Shown here: piece by piece, positions 1-8,553 of the stretch | Layout of the letters: every line of letters starts with the position of its first letter | Position numbering within the stretch: the first letter of the stretch is position 1 | Source of the DNA: Actinomycetes bacterium | Lineage (GTDB): Bacteria > Actinomycetota > CALGFH01 | DNA: 64,000 nt | Reading direction: 5' to 3' | Assembly (NCBI GenBank): GCA_036000965.1 | Contig: DASYUT010000078.1 | Location: 8,837 to 72,836 of the forward strand | The notes under the pieces: model-generated | What the model was told of the DNA's origin: nothing | What the model saw: only the letters and a program-made list of their open reading frames with translations | Databases searched by the model: none | Made by a program: the position numbers and the translations under genes

Positions 1-98
1 TTGATGAACAACAGCGTTCACGTCGGTTGGCTGCCTTACAGCGTGAGCTGTCGGAAATGGAACTTACGATCCCGCTACTCGAACCGGAGGAACTGTGA
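1..98 (+). CDS. 3' end of an ORF entering from the left (..DEQQRSRRLAALQRELSEMELTIPLLEPEEL*), unknown function
   Basis: Frame 3 is open from the window edge to TGA at 96-98. The stop overlaps the GTG of the next ORF (GTGA coupling). Confidence 0.3.
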   Translation, partial: DEQQRSRRLAALQRELSEMELTIPLLEPEEL

Positions 99-298
99 AC
101 GACGCTGTATCCATCCTCGGCTTGGCCTTACTGGTTCTGACTGGCCTTGCGATGGTGCTTGGGCTCGCCATCGTGTGTCTTTGGGAACTGCGTTGGATTG
201 TTCGCCATATCGCCAAGATCGGTGAGCGCGAGCAACCGCCCCTGTTCTTTCCGTCTGTGGATGGCCGGCCCCTCGTGAAATCACCGTTCAAATGGTAA
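95..298 (+). CDS. Small membrane protein (67 aa, one strong TM helix ILGLALLVLTGLAMVLGLAIVCLW); holin-like or exclusion-like role only speculative
   Basis: ORF track. Hydrophobic N-terminal helix followed by a charged tail. Coupled to both neighbouring ORFs. Confidence 0.45.
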   Translation: MNDAVSILGLALLVLTGLAMVLGLAIVCLWELRWIVRHIAKIGEREQPPLFFPSVDGRPLVKSPFKW

Positions 299-414
299 TC
301 GCCGCCGTCGTGCTGGTGGTTGTGGCCTTGGTCGCCGCGCTTGTCCTCGAAGCGTGGATCGATGCTGACAACGATCAGACTCGTGTACGCTTGGACCGGC
401 TCCAACAGAAGTGA
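292..414 (+). CDS. 40-aa single-TM peptide (MVIAAVVLVVVALVAALVLEAWIDADNDQTRVRLDRLQQK)
   Basis: Read by hand; below the ORF-track size cut-off. Its ATG overlaps the end of the preceding ORF (AAATGGTAA). Hairpins follow it. Confidence 0.35.
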   Translation: MVIAAVVLVVVALVAALVLEAWIDADNDQTRVRLDRLQQK

Positions 415-480
415 GGACCAACTGAGAAAAGGCGCGAGGGACAGCGCCGAGGGCGCCAAACCCGACATTCAGGACAAGCT

Positions 481-506
481 GGTCTCCCCTCAACTGAGGG
501 GAGACC
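481..506 (+). terminator. Perfect 10-bp stem / 6-nt loop hairpin (GGTCTCCCCT-caactg-AGGGGAGACC)
   Basis: Seen directly, downstream of the small plus-strand genes. No U-tract, so terminator function is uncertain. Confidence 0.35.
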
Positions 507-528
507 AGAAACCCGACAATCGGGCAAA

Positions 529-560
529 CCTACCCTAGAGTCGGGCGACTCTAGGGTAGG
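529..560 (+). terminator. Perfect 14-bp stem / 4-nt loop hairpin (CCTACCCTAGAGTC-gggc-GACTCTAGGGTAGG)
   Basis: Seen directly, in the convergent intergenic region. No U-tract. Confidence 0.35.
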
Positions 561-667
561 GCCTCCTGCTCATAAACGTAAAGCGAACGCCCAGCTTGGG
601 AAGCTATTTGACGTCGGGGAAGCCACTGTTAACCGCGCATCTGCTGTTGCGGCAGTGACAGCCAAAT

Positions 668-697
668 GAGAAAAGGCGCCATGTGGCGCCTTTTCTC
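668..697. terminator. Bidirectional intrinsic-terminator-like hairpin (GAGAAAAGGCGCC-atgt-GGCGCCTTTTCTC)
   Basis: 13-bp stem whose arms carry A/T runs on both strands. Lies 30 bp downstream of the methyltransferase stop and downstream of the plus-strand small genes. Confidence 0.6.
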
Positions 698-726
698 GTG
701 TTCGGTACCCCTCCGCCCCGAACCTT

Positions 727-1488
727 CTACCCCACAGGTGCCACGAGTCGCCTGCTCGCCATCGCCACACATGCTGGTGACACGTCACCAGCGATGAAGT
801 TGCGACCGCACTGCGCTGCCGCGACCGCGGTTGTACCCGTCCCCACAAACGGGTCCACCACGATGCCGCCGAGGTCAGTCGTCAGCGCAATGAGCCACTG
901 TAGCAGTTGCAACGTCTTAACCGTTGGGTGCGGGTATGCCCGGCTGAGTAGTGACGCAGGGTTTTCGCTGCCCGATGGGAACTCGGGGCCAAACCAGCAC
1001 GACGGGAACCGCCGTTTGTACTCGGGTACTGGGTTGCGGCCAACATTCGGAACGGTGCCAGCGCGCTTGTTGCGAAGCAACTGCGTTTCGCGGAAGACAA
1101 ACCTGCCCTTGTGCGCGAACAGAATCCAGTCGGCGTTCGACTGGAACGCGCCGTAGAGGTCTGCCGTCCCTGCCGGCCGTTTCTGACAGATCAGCGGTTC
1201 TTTCATCTTGAAGCCCGCTGCGGCAACATCGTGAAAATGGCCAGGGTAGCTCTGCCAATCGGTGAATGCCAGAAACGCCGTGTCCGGCTTTAGGACTCGG
1301 TAGGCGTGGCGCGCCAGTTCCGCGTAGGAAAATGGCGCGTCATCGCCAATCACCGATGCGTGGCGCGTGTGTGTGTAATGGTTGACGTAGCCGATCCCAA
1401 ACGGGGGGTCTGTGATGACGGCGTCGACGGACTCGGAGGCAAGTCCAGCGAGCAGATCGCGGTAGTCAGCGACAGTGACCTCGTTCAC
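727..1488 (-). CDS. DNA methyltransferase, beta-class (N6-adenine or N4-cytosine), no partner endonuclease seen
   Basis: N-terminal DPPF catalytic motif (VDAVITDPPFGIGY) and C-terminal SAM-binding VVDPFVGTGTT. This motif order is typical of beta-class amino-MTases. Confidence 0.9.
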   Translation of the reverse strand: MNEVTVADYRDLLAGLASESVDAVITDPPFGIGYVNHYTHTRHASVIGDDAPFSYAELARHAYRVLKPDTAFLAFTDWQSYPGHFHDVAAAGFKMKEPLICQKRPAGTADLYGAFQSNADWILFAHKGRFVFRETQLLRNKRAGTVPNVGRNPVPEYKRRFPSCWFGPEFPSGSENPASLLSRAYPHPTVKTLQLLQWLIALTTDLGGIVVDPFVGTGTTAVAAAQCGRNFIAGDVSPACVAMASRRLVAPVG

Positions 1489-1512
1489 ATGGAGGAAGGC
1501 GTTGTGTTGTCG

Positions 1513-2213
1513 TTACCGCGAAGTCACCGCCATAATCGCGTTGTTGTAGGCTTCCCAAAGATCGGGATACTTCGCCTTGACGCTCTCGATCGCCGACGCT
1601 GCATCCATACCAGGCTGCGTCTGCACGCCTCGCACCAGGCGCAAGAACGCCTCGATTGGGTTTTCGCGTGCGCCACTTCGAAGGTTTCCAGTGTCGAGCT
1701 GTTGGTAGTTGGCGCTGTCTGGCTGGTCAACGATCCTGTGCTCACCGATGATCCGTGCCATCATCGCGCTGGCAAGCTGGGTTGTTTGCTGCGCCTCACT
1801 GCTAAGCGGAATGCTGCCATCGATAAAGCTGGCGTTTCGGTACTGCTCATACAGTGCAGGTTCCTCGACGGAGACAGCTCGCGAGGCTTCGCTGAACGTC
1901 ATCCCGCCAGCAACTTTGGCATCGACACGCTCGCCAAACTGTTTCACTGCGCTCGCGCCTCCTGTGGTTGGCTCCTGCAACTTGTTCGTAAGGTCATCCA
2001 GCTCAGCCATCGTTTTTTCGTGCGCTTCCCGGTCACTGAGGAATCGTTGCAACTTGCTGGCGAGCGTGTCGGTTGGCGCTGAGGGCTTCCACACTGCCTT
2101 TCCTTTCGTCGGATCACTCAGCCGGTAGGTACCGTTCCGCAGCTCGTAGACCTTCGCGCCTGCACCGTTGGCGTTCACCGCAAGGCAGAACCGGTCATTT
2201 GCATTGATTGTCA
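1513..2213 (-). CDS. Hypothetical phage protein (233 aa from MTINANDRF..)
   Basis: The ORF-track frame is 1513-2382. Start is placed at ATG 2213 because it follows GGAGGA by ~7 nt and lies downstream of the tape-measure stop (2352). No recognisable motif. Confidence 0.55.
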
Positions 2214-2351
2214 TTGCTGCATCCTCCATTCCTCCGTTCTGCCGTTGTCGGTGGTGGCTGCGGAAGCGCTTCGCGACGCGACTACTTCCGCAGCACGCCC
2301 ACCAGCGGGTAGCTGATAGGAGGACAAAAGCACTACCCGCATTCTTGATCA

Positions 2352-5300
2352 TCACGTCAGTCCGAGCTTGATGCCGCCCCAACGTCCTTGCTTGTTTAGC
2401 AGTCCTTGATGGATATCATCGACAAGCTGCCTAATTCCTTCCTTGCTACCGTAGACTGGGCCGTGGAATTCCACATGAAGGTGAAAATCACCGCCGCCGT
2501 TGGGCGGTGAGACGCGCTCAGGACGGCCTGTGGTGTTCACGGCCAGTGTCGCGCCAGGCATGAGCCAGCCGCCCCGGTCAAACCCTTGAAGCGCGACCCG
2601 AGCGGCAGCCAGGTCGCCGCCGATGTCGATACCGGGGAACTTGAGCAACTCCGAGACGGTGCCTGGGGTGAGCTTGCCGACCAACCCACCCTTGGCCATG
2701 TGGTAGTGCCGGGCGAACGAGGATACCGCCCTGGCCGCGCCGCCAACAATGATGCCGCTCCTCGTGCTCCGAGCCTCAAAGCCAAGGCCACCGTAGTTTC
2801 CCGCCATGTGCCCAATGCCGGGTGTGACACCGATGTTCAGCGTCCCGCCAAACCCAGACTTGAGTCCAGCGACGCCACGGCCAATCGAGCCGGTCGTGAA
2901 GTAGCGGCGGCCGTGCCCGGCCCGTGGGTCACCGCGCATCATGCCGTACACCGCACCGACCAACCCCGAACAGTCATATCCGCCTGGCCCGGCACCACCC
3001 CAGATGTAGGGCAGCCGGTCGGTGGAGCGAATGAACGCTTTGATACCGGCCGAGCCGCCGAGACTGCTGCCCATCCCGCTGACCGCGCTTGATACCGCAC
3101 GGGCGACCGACGTTGCCAAGCGTCCCGCGATGCTGATCACGGCACGTTCAACTGTCCGCTGATAGGTGGCAGCGTCTTTGCCTGCCTGCGCCACACCAGA
3201 AAATGCCGTGCGCGGTACCACACCGCCGGTGGCAAACCGTTGCGCGTTGATCTCCCGAAGCAGTCCGACATTGCGCCGGGCAGCGGCAGCATTAACGACG
3301 AACTCGCCATTGGAAAGCAGCGCCGGGATGGCATCGTCGCGTGGTCCACCCGGGCCACGCACCATCCCGCCTGTGGCGAGCTGGACTCTGCCGCCAAACT
3401 GCGTGTTGAGCTTTTTCAGCTTCCTGGTTGCGTCCACGTCGGCAATGGCTTTGACCGTGATTTGCTCGTCGTGCAGTTGGTCAAGCGAGCGGTTCACATC
3501 TGCCGCGAACCTGCCGAAGTCTCTTGCTGCGTCCCTGAGCTTTGGCCCGATCCCTGGCATCCACCCAAACGCTTTTGCAGCGCCGGTCAGAATGCTGCCG
3601 AAGAAGTCGAGAAGCCGCCGGACCAGGAACTCGCCAGCGCGAACAACGGCACCCAAAATGATGATAACGCCCTTGAACACGTTGATCAGGTTGACCAAGT
3701 ACAACGTGTACAACTTGATGAGCCACGGAACGACGGTACGGATGATGAAGCCCATCAGCACCAAGAACGCCGCCCACAACAGTTTTAGCTGGTCCTTGTT
3801 GCTAACGATGGTGTCTTTGAGGCTCGACAGTGCAGGTCTGACTTTGTCCTGCACCCACTGCCACAGCTCTCGGTACACCGGGAGAACTTTCGTCTTAACC
3901 CAGTTCCAAAGGTCTTGCAGCGCAGGAGTCAGCTTGTTCTTGATCCATCCCCAGAGGTCAGCGACCTTTTCTCTGAACTTTTGGGAATGCGTGTAGGCGT
4001 AAATCAGTGCGCCAGCGACAAGTCCAACTACTGACAGCCACGGGTTGAATGCGCCGGTTGCAAGTCCTACTGCCACCCGGACGGCAGTAAACCCGCCTGC
4101 CACGCCGAACAGCACGTTTTTGAGTCCGCCGTTCTGTGCAATCACGTTTTGGATCTGGCCAAGAACGTCTCTTGCTTTGGAGAGCGCGTCTCGCACCTGG
4201 TCAATTCTCTGTTTGGTCTCGGCGCTCATGAACTTGTCAAGCGCCGTGTTAAGCCCACTGGCTTTCACTTCGTCAACAAAGTCAGCGATCTTGGTGAGGA
4301 CAGCGCCGATCTTTTCGCCGGTCGTCTGTGCCCACTTGATCACCTTGTCGGTGTTCAGCAGGCTCCCAAAACTGAGCGTCAGCCGTTCGAGTGGCTTGAG
4401 CGTCGGCGTGCCCATTGCCACTTTCAGGGTGTCCAGCACGGAGCGGAATGCATCCATCGCGCCGTGCAACCCTTCGTTTTTCGCTGCCGCGAGCTTTGCT
4501 GCCGCGCCTTGCTTGGTGACAGCAAGCGTCATCGCGTCCCACCGTTTGACACCGCCACCCAAGACAACGTTGGCCGCGCGCATGGCATCTGTGCCAAACA
4601 CGGTTTGCGTGAATGCCGCGCGCTGGGCGTCGGTCATTCTGGCAAACACTGGCTCAAGGTCTCGGATGATGTCTCGGAGTGGGCGGGTTTTGCCCTGCGC
4701 GTCGAAGACGGCGATGCCGTAGTGGTCCATTGCCGCTTTGGCTTTTTTGGTCGGCGCCTCCAAGCGCTGCAACATCACCTTGAGGCTTGTACCGGCATCA
4801 CTGCCGCGAATGCCCGCGTTGGCCATCAGGGAGATCGCCGTGACCATTGCCTCAACCGGCTGTCTTGCCTGGAAGAAGCTTGTTGCCGCTTGCTGCGCCG
4901 CAAGCGCTACATCATGCACTTCGGCTTGTGATGCGTTTGCGGCAGCGGCAAGCAAATCAGCAACTCGTGTTGCCTCTTTGCCTTTCAGGTGAAATGCATT
5001 CAGTTGGGACGCTGCAATGCCGGCCGCGTCAGCAACGTCCAGCTCACCAGCGGCAGCAAGCTGCAACACACCTCGGCCAGCGCCGAGCACGTCATTAATG
5101 GACAGCCCAGCTTTTGACAGTTCCCGGAATGCGACTGCCGCGTCAACCGCTGAGGTTGCGGGCAGCCTCATATCCGCACCAAGCGCGAGGGCTTTGGCGC
5201 TCAGCAGCGCCATTTGCGCCGCATTGGCGCCGGTCACTGCCTTTACCATCTTCATGGCGTCTTGGAAGTCGGCTGCCGCGTGAATGACACTGCCACCGAG

Positions 5301-5489
5301 CTTGGCAACCCCGACTGCTGCAATTCCGGTGCCAATCAGCGTGACTCGGCCTACAGCCCTTGCCGCAGTCCCGACCGCGCTGAACCGGCGGTGAATCCCG
5401 CCAAGATCACGCTCAAGTCGTGCCAGTTCGGCACGCGCCATGTTTCTGGCACGGATAATCATCCAGACTTCAGAACTGCTCACGCTCAC
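2352..5489 (-). CDS. Tail tape-measure protein with C-terminal NlpC/P60-like peptidoglycan hydrolase domain
   Basis: TP901-type TMP core (AMKMVKAVTGANAAQ...LMANAGIRGSDAGTSLKVMLQRL). Central hydrophobic/helical region. C-terminal block LPYIWGGAGPGGYDCSGLV...GIGHMAGNY (Cys/His of NlpC/P60). Confidence 0.85.
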   Translation of the reverse strand: MSVSSSEVWMIIRARNMARAELARLERDLGGIHRRFSAVGTAARAVGRVTLIGTGIAAVGVAKLGGSVIHAAADFQDAMKMVKAVTGANAAQMALLSAKALALGADMRLPATSAVDAAVAFRELSKAGLSINDVLGAGRGVLQLAAAGELDVADAAGIAASQLNAFHLKGKEATRVADLLAAAANASQAEVHDVALAAQQAATSFFQARQPVEAMVTAISLMANAGIRGSDAGTSLKVMLQRLEAPTKKAKAAMDHYGIAVFDAQGKTRPLRDIIRDLEPVFARMTDAQRAAFTQTVFGTDAMRAANVVLGGGVKRWDAMTLAVTKQGAAAKLAAAKNEGLHGAMDAFRSVLDTLKVAMGTPTLKPLERLTLSFGSLLNTDKVIKWAQTTGEKIGAVLTKIADFVDEVKASGLNTALDKFMSAETKQRIDQVRDALSKARDVLGQIQNVIAQNGGLKNVLFGVAGGFTAVRVAVGLATGAFNPWLSVVGLVAGALIYAYTHSQKFREKVADLWGWIKNKLTPALQDLWNWVKTKVLPVYRELWQWVQDKVRPALSSLKDTIVSNKDQLKLLWAAFLVLMGFIIRTVVPWLIKLYTLYLVNLINVFKGVIIILGAVVRAGEFLVRRLLDFFGSILTGAAKAFGWMPGIGPKLRDAARDFGRFAADVNRSLDQLHDEQITVKAIADVDATRKLKKLNTQFGGRVQLATGGMVRGPGGPRDDAIPALLSNGEFVVNAAAARRNVGLLREINAQRFATGGVVPRTAFSGVAQAGKDAATYQRTVERAVISIAGRLATSVARAVSSAVSGMGSSLGGSAGIKAFIRSTDRLPYIWGGAGPGGYDCSGLVGAVYGMMRGDPRAGHGRRYFTTGSIGRGVAGLKSGFGGTLNIGVTPGIGHMAGNYGGLGFEARSTRSGIIVGGAARAVSSFARHYHMAKGGLVGKLTPGTVSELLKFPGIDIGGDLAAARVALQGFDRGGWLMPGATLAVNTTGRPERVSPPNGGGDFHLHVEFHGPVYGSKEGIRQLVDDIHQGLLNKQGRWGGIKLGLT

Positions 5490-5530
5490 GACAATGGCGC
5501 CTTTACAGCGAGAACCACACCTCCGAATTC

Positions 5531-5554
5531 GTGTGTGTGTGTGTGTGTGTGTGT
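5531..5554. repeat. (GT)12 dinucleotide microsatellite; (CA)12 on the coding strand of the flanking genes
   Basis: Counted directly. Lies ~40 bp upstream of the tape-measure start. Confidence 0.98.
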
Positions 5555-5850
5555 TTTAGCTTCGTCGTCGCGCTCGAACGTCCGCGTGGCTAGGCGGAGG
5601 CAACAGTTGCAGCTTAGTGGCGCCGGCGCACTATTAGATTTTCGTGCCTTGATTAGGCGCGTGAACTGCTCATAAGGATCCCGCCCTTATTTTACGCTTC
5701 TGGCAGGAACATTCCAGTTCCCGCCGTTGTTATCAGCTATATCATGCGGTGCGCTGCGCCGGGGTATCTGCATACCCGGCACGGTGTATACGAGTCGTAG
5801 GAAGAGTATATGAGTGTCGGTTTTCGAGCGCCGTCCCTCTCCCGACCACA

Positions 5851-5864
5851 GGGGGGGGGGGGGG
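5851..5864. repeat. G14 homopolymer (C14 on the minus strand)
   Basis: Counted directly. Begins immediately after the TAG stop (5865-5867) of the 99-aa ORF. Confidence 0.98.
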
Positions 5865-6164
5865 CTACTCGGACTCGGGACCGAGCTGGATGCCGTACCG
5901 GCTCAGCAAGTACGGGATCTCGGCTGCCGGACAGCTTGGCTGGTGGGCGACCACCGGGCCGGTTGCACTTCCACCACAGGAACAGACACCAACGAGCACA
6001 GCGGTTCGGTGGACCCGTAGTGCCGCTTTCAAGTCTTCGGGCCACGCGGGGTTGGTGGCGATGACATCCAAGAGCCTGCCGTTTGGCGAGCGCCAGACTT
6101 CATAGTGCGAGTCTGTGGGATGCGGTCCCAGGCAGACGGGTTTGGTCCCACTGGTGGTGTTCAT
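5865..6164 (-). CDS. Hypothetical protein, 99 aa (MNTTSGTKPVCLGPHPTDSHYEVW..), Cys/His-containing
   Basis: Start at ATG 6164 chosen because it overlaps the upstream stop as ATGA. The longer track ORF (to 6341) overlaps the upstream gene. Confidence 0.5.
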   Translation of the reverse strand: MNTTSGTKPVCLGPHPTDSHYEVWRSPNGRLLDVIATNPAWPEDLKAALRVHRTAVLVGVCSCGGSATGPVVAHQPSCPAAEIPYLLSRYGIQLGPESE

Positions 6165-6769
6165 TTGTCGGCTTGGGAGTCGAGTCCCGGAATTCCGCAC
6201 GTGTGCGTACCACCGACGTGGCCCAGACACGGGAACGACGTTAGCTGCCGTTGTTCGTGGGCAGGGCGGCTCCGGTGCGCCTTCAGCTCCTCGACAATGC
6301 CGGACTCGGTTCCGCCATCGGCCAGTCTGGCACGGAACCAAGCCGCCAGAACTTCCTTGTGCGTGCGCGCGTGGGTGCCCGGCTCGGCGTTTGCCTCACG
6401 GCGCGCCTTCCGGAGTGCGCGCGTCCCTGGCCGTCCACAGGCGGTTGTGTAGGTTTGGTAGTCGGGTGGCCGCAACAATTCCAGTGTCGTGCCGACGCCC
6501 GGACCGGCGCTGACCTGGCGGATGCAGCCCATGCCAATTAGTTCTAGTTTCGCATCCCTGCTGTACCGCTCATTCTCGCGCACCTTCCGCACTATAAGCT
6601 CATAAAAGCTGCCGCTCCACACGGGGTTTTCGAACCCAGGACGGACCTCTGAGGCGTCCCACATCGCCCACCAGACTTTTACGAGCCGTGTGTAGCCTTT
6701 TGGCTCGGGGCCGTTGTTGGTAACCACAGGGGCAGGGGTGGAGGCGGAGGAGTCCGTCTGTGCAGTCAT
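6161..6769 (-). CDS. Hypothetical phage protein, 202 aa
   Basis: ORF track. Same-strand operon context, coupled to the downstream ORF. No recognisable motif. Confidence 0.55.
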   Translation of the reverse strand: MTAQTDSSASTPAPVVTNNGPEPKGYTRLVKVWWAMWDASEVRPGFENPVWSGSFYELIVRKVRENERYSRDAKLELIGMGCIRQVSAGPGVGTTLELLRPPDYQTYTTACGRPGTRALRKARREANAEPGTHARTHKEVLAAWFRARLADGGTESGIVEELKAHRSRPAHEQRQLTSFPCLGHVGGTHTCGIPGLDSQADK

Positions 6770-6793
6770 GGAGTCTCTCAGTCCTTTAGTCCT

Positions 6794-7090
6794 TTAGTCC
6801 TCACGCTTGTTGCCGCGTGTGTTGGCGAAGTCGGTGACTTCCTCCATGAACTTCGCCAGCGGGTCGTCGGCGCTCAGTGTTTCCAGCTCGATGACCTTTT
6901 CCACGATGAACTGACTCGCCATTTGCCGGATCTTGTCCGACTTGCTGTACAGTGCCAGGTTCGCAAGGGTACGAACCGCGTGCGGAAACGCACGCTTCAA
7001 ATCGCGCGTCCCAGTGTCGTAGGGCTTTTCATCTGGGTCAGTGTTGCTGGCGAGGATATCTTCTAGCTCGGCATCCAGTGGGTCAGTCAT
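6794..7090 (-). CDS. Hypothetical 98-aa acidic helical protein; weak resemblance to the small-terminase-type helix pair (AVRTLANLALYSKSDKIRQMASQFIVEKV)
   Basis: Start at ATG 7090 preceded by AAAGGA. The small-terminase resemblance is by recall only and is weak. Confidence 0.45.
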   Translation of the reverse strand: MTDPLDAELEDILASNTDPDEKPYDTGTRDLKRAFPHAVRTLANLALYSKSDKIRQMASQFIVEKVIELETLSADDPLAKFMEEVTDFANTRGNKRED

Positions 7091-7189
7091 TTTCACGTAT
7101 CCTTTCTGGCGCCAGCGCCGTAGACCCCAACCACAGGGGCGGAAGGCGATGGGACCCATTCGCGCAGTCTACGAAGGTACTACTTCGTT

Positions 7190-7639
7190 TTAGAGCCCAC
7201 TCGCCTTGATCATCAGATCTACCCAAGCGTGAAAGATCCCATTCACTGCTCGCTCGTCATCATCTTGGAGGACTGCAAACGGCCGCGCTGGCATCAAATC
7301 AGTCCCAGACTCGTGAAACCTCATGTATGCCGTACTCTTTGGGAACGAGTCACCACGGTACTCCGCCTCGTCCTGAAAAATATTCCATCGAGCCAGACTT
7401 GTTGCCGATGCCATCCCGGCTCCTGAGTCAAAGAGGATTCTGTCAGATCCTTTGGCTTCAATCGTGGATTCTTTGAGTCTCTCCCACGGTGGGTTCCCAC
7501 CAGCTTCGAAGTTCTGTTTTACCGTCTCGATCGCTACACTTCGCACACTGCCTTGAAGCGGCACACGAAACCCACCAGTCCGCGTTGCCAACCTACCAAA
7601 CCGAGGACCTAGATTCGGCGTTACCGTGACTTCCAACAT
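7190..7639 (-). CDS. Virion morphogenesis / tail-completion-like protein (Mu G, P2 gpS, HK97 gp10-like)
   Basis: 149 aa with ..ILFDSGAGMAS...YMRFHESGTDLMPARPFAVL.., a pattern typical of this small structural family (recall, not searched). First gene after a long non-coding gap. Confidence 0.55.
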   Translation of the reverse strand: MLEVTVTPNLGPRFGRLATRTGGFRVPLQGSVRSVAIETVKQNFEAGGNPPWERLKESTIEAKGSDRILFDSGAGMASATSLARWNIFQDEAEYRGDSFPKSTAYMRFHESGTDLMPARPFAVLQDDDERAVNGIFHAWVDLMIKASGL

Positions 7640-7658
7640 CTTCAGATACTTTCTAGAA

Positions 7659-7707
7659 CCAAATCTAAAAATATCTACACGAACCCAAATCTAAAAATAG
7701 CTACACG
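7659..7707. repeat. Two 23-bp direct repeats CCAAATCTAAAAATA(T/G)CTACACG, 26-bp period
   Basis: Seen directly at 7659-7681 and 7685-7707, 20 bp upstream of the 7639 start codon. Confidence 0.9.
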
Positions 7708-7760
7708 GAGAGACGCCCACCGATTTGAACCGGCCACCGTCAATTCAAATTAGTATGGTT

Positions 7761-7790
7761 AGAATGCAAAAGCATTCTTTTCGTTTTGCC
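7761..7790 (+). terminator. Intrinsic-terminator-like hairpin AGAATGC-aaaa-GCATTCT followed by TTTCGTTTTG
   Basis: Seen directly. The T-run is only on the plus strand, and no plus-strand ORF precedes it. Confidence 0.45.
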
Positions 7791-8070
7791 GATCCCGGTC
7801 TGCTCACGCGCGAGCCGGTCTCAAGTCAATTCTAGCACCAATTCGATGGCAATACCTAGCTCGATCTCCTCGTCATGATTTCGTTGATATCACGCTCTGT
7901 GGCGGAGGTATGTCCGAGTTGTACCCTTCGCCGACCACGAAGCGTCATCATTGCAGCTCACGGCTGTATGCCAATGGTAGATAACGATTCTTATGTCTAC
8001 CAAGTGAGTGAAGAACTGGCATGTCGAGGATGGCACCATCGCGCCGACACAGAATGCAAACGGCTATTGT

Positions 8071-8280
8071 TGACGAAATCTAATTCGGCGTCATCGGTTG
8101 CGAGTCGAGACCGGGAAGCTCAGCGCTCGAAGTGACGAAATCAATTGTTTCGTCATCTACGGGCTGTGTGGAATTCGCTGAATTCGCCAGTATTTACCGA
8201 GACATCGCGGTTAATTCGGTATCGTTGCTGGTCAGGGAGTCGATTCTTATATGATTAGTGAAATCAATTGGTTCGTCATC
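8071..8280. repeat. Three dispersed copies of a ~25-bp motif (G)TGACGAAATC(A/T)AATT..CGTCATC at 8071-8095, 8131-8156 and 8258-8280
   Basis: Seen directly. The middle copy is an 8-bp-stem palindrome TGACGAAA-tcaattg-TTTCGTCA. Confidence 0.8.
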
Positions 8281-8339
8281 GGAAGACTGTCGGCGTATTC
8301 GCTTAGTGGTGGATCGGACATTCCGGACAAGCGTAACCC

Positions 8340-8553
8340 GTTCCCGCCTGGGAACGACTTGCCCTAAACCCGCAGGTCAGAGGGCTGCTTTCGTAGTTGT
8401 TCCCTAGTACTTGGGCCGGGAACAAGTACCCGGCCCCAGCCCAGGACATTTGAAGTCGTTCCCGGCACGGGAACAGGTTCAATCTGGCCTCTGACCTGCA
8501 ACGATGCGATCCCGGACGGCTACCTGTTCCTACCCGTTCCCGTCCTTGGGAAC
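8340..8553. repeat. Four GTTCCC-N4..13-GGGAAC inverted repeats (8340-8355, 8399-8423, 8458-8474, 8536-8553). The middle two are enclosed by a 12-bp long-range inverted repeat GCAGGTCAGAGG (8372-8383) / CCTCTGACCTGC (8488-8499).
   Basis: Seen directly. Copies 1 and 4 both continue with GACTTG. Confidence 0.85.

Noticed and set aside
5737-6045. Idea that the C14 tract mediates a programmed frameshift extending the 99-aa ORF (like tail-chaperone G/GT)
   Set aside because: The TAG stop precedes the tract, so slippage in the tract cannot bypass it. The downstream frame (PPPPCGRERDG...) is short and featureless.
7875-8135. 86-aa plus-strand ORF in the repeat-rich gap
   Set aside because: No RBS, runs across the repeated TGACGAAATC motifs, and lies opposite to the operon direction. 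It cannot be excluded but is unsupported.
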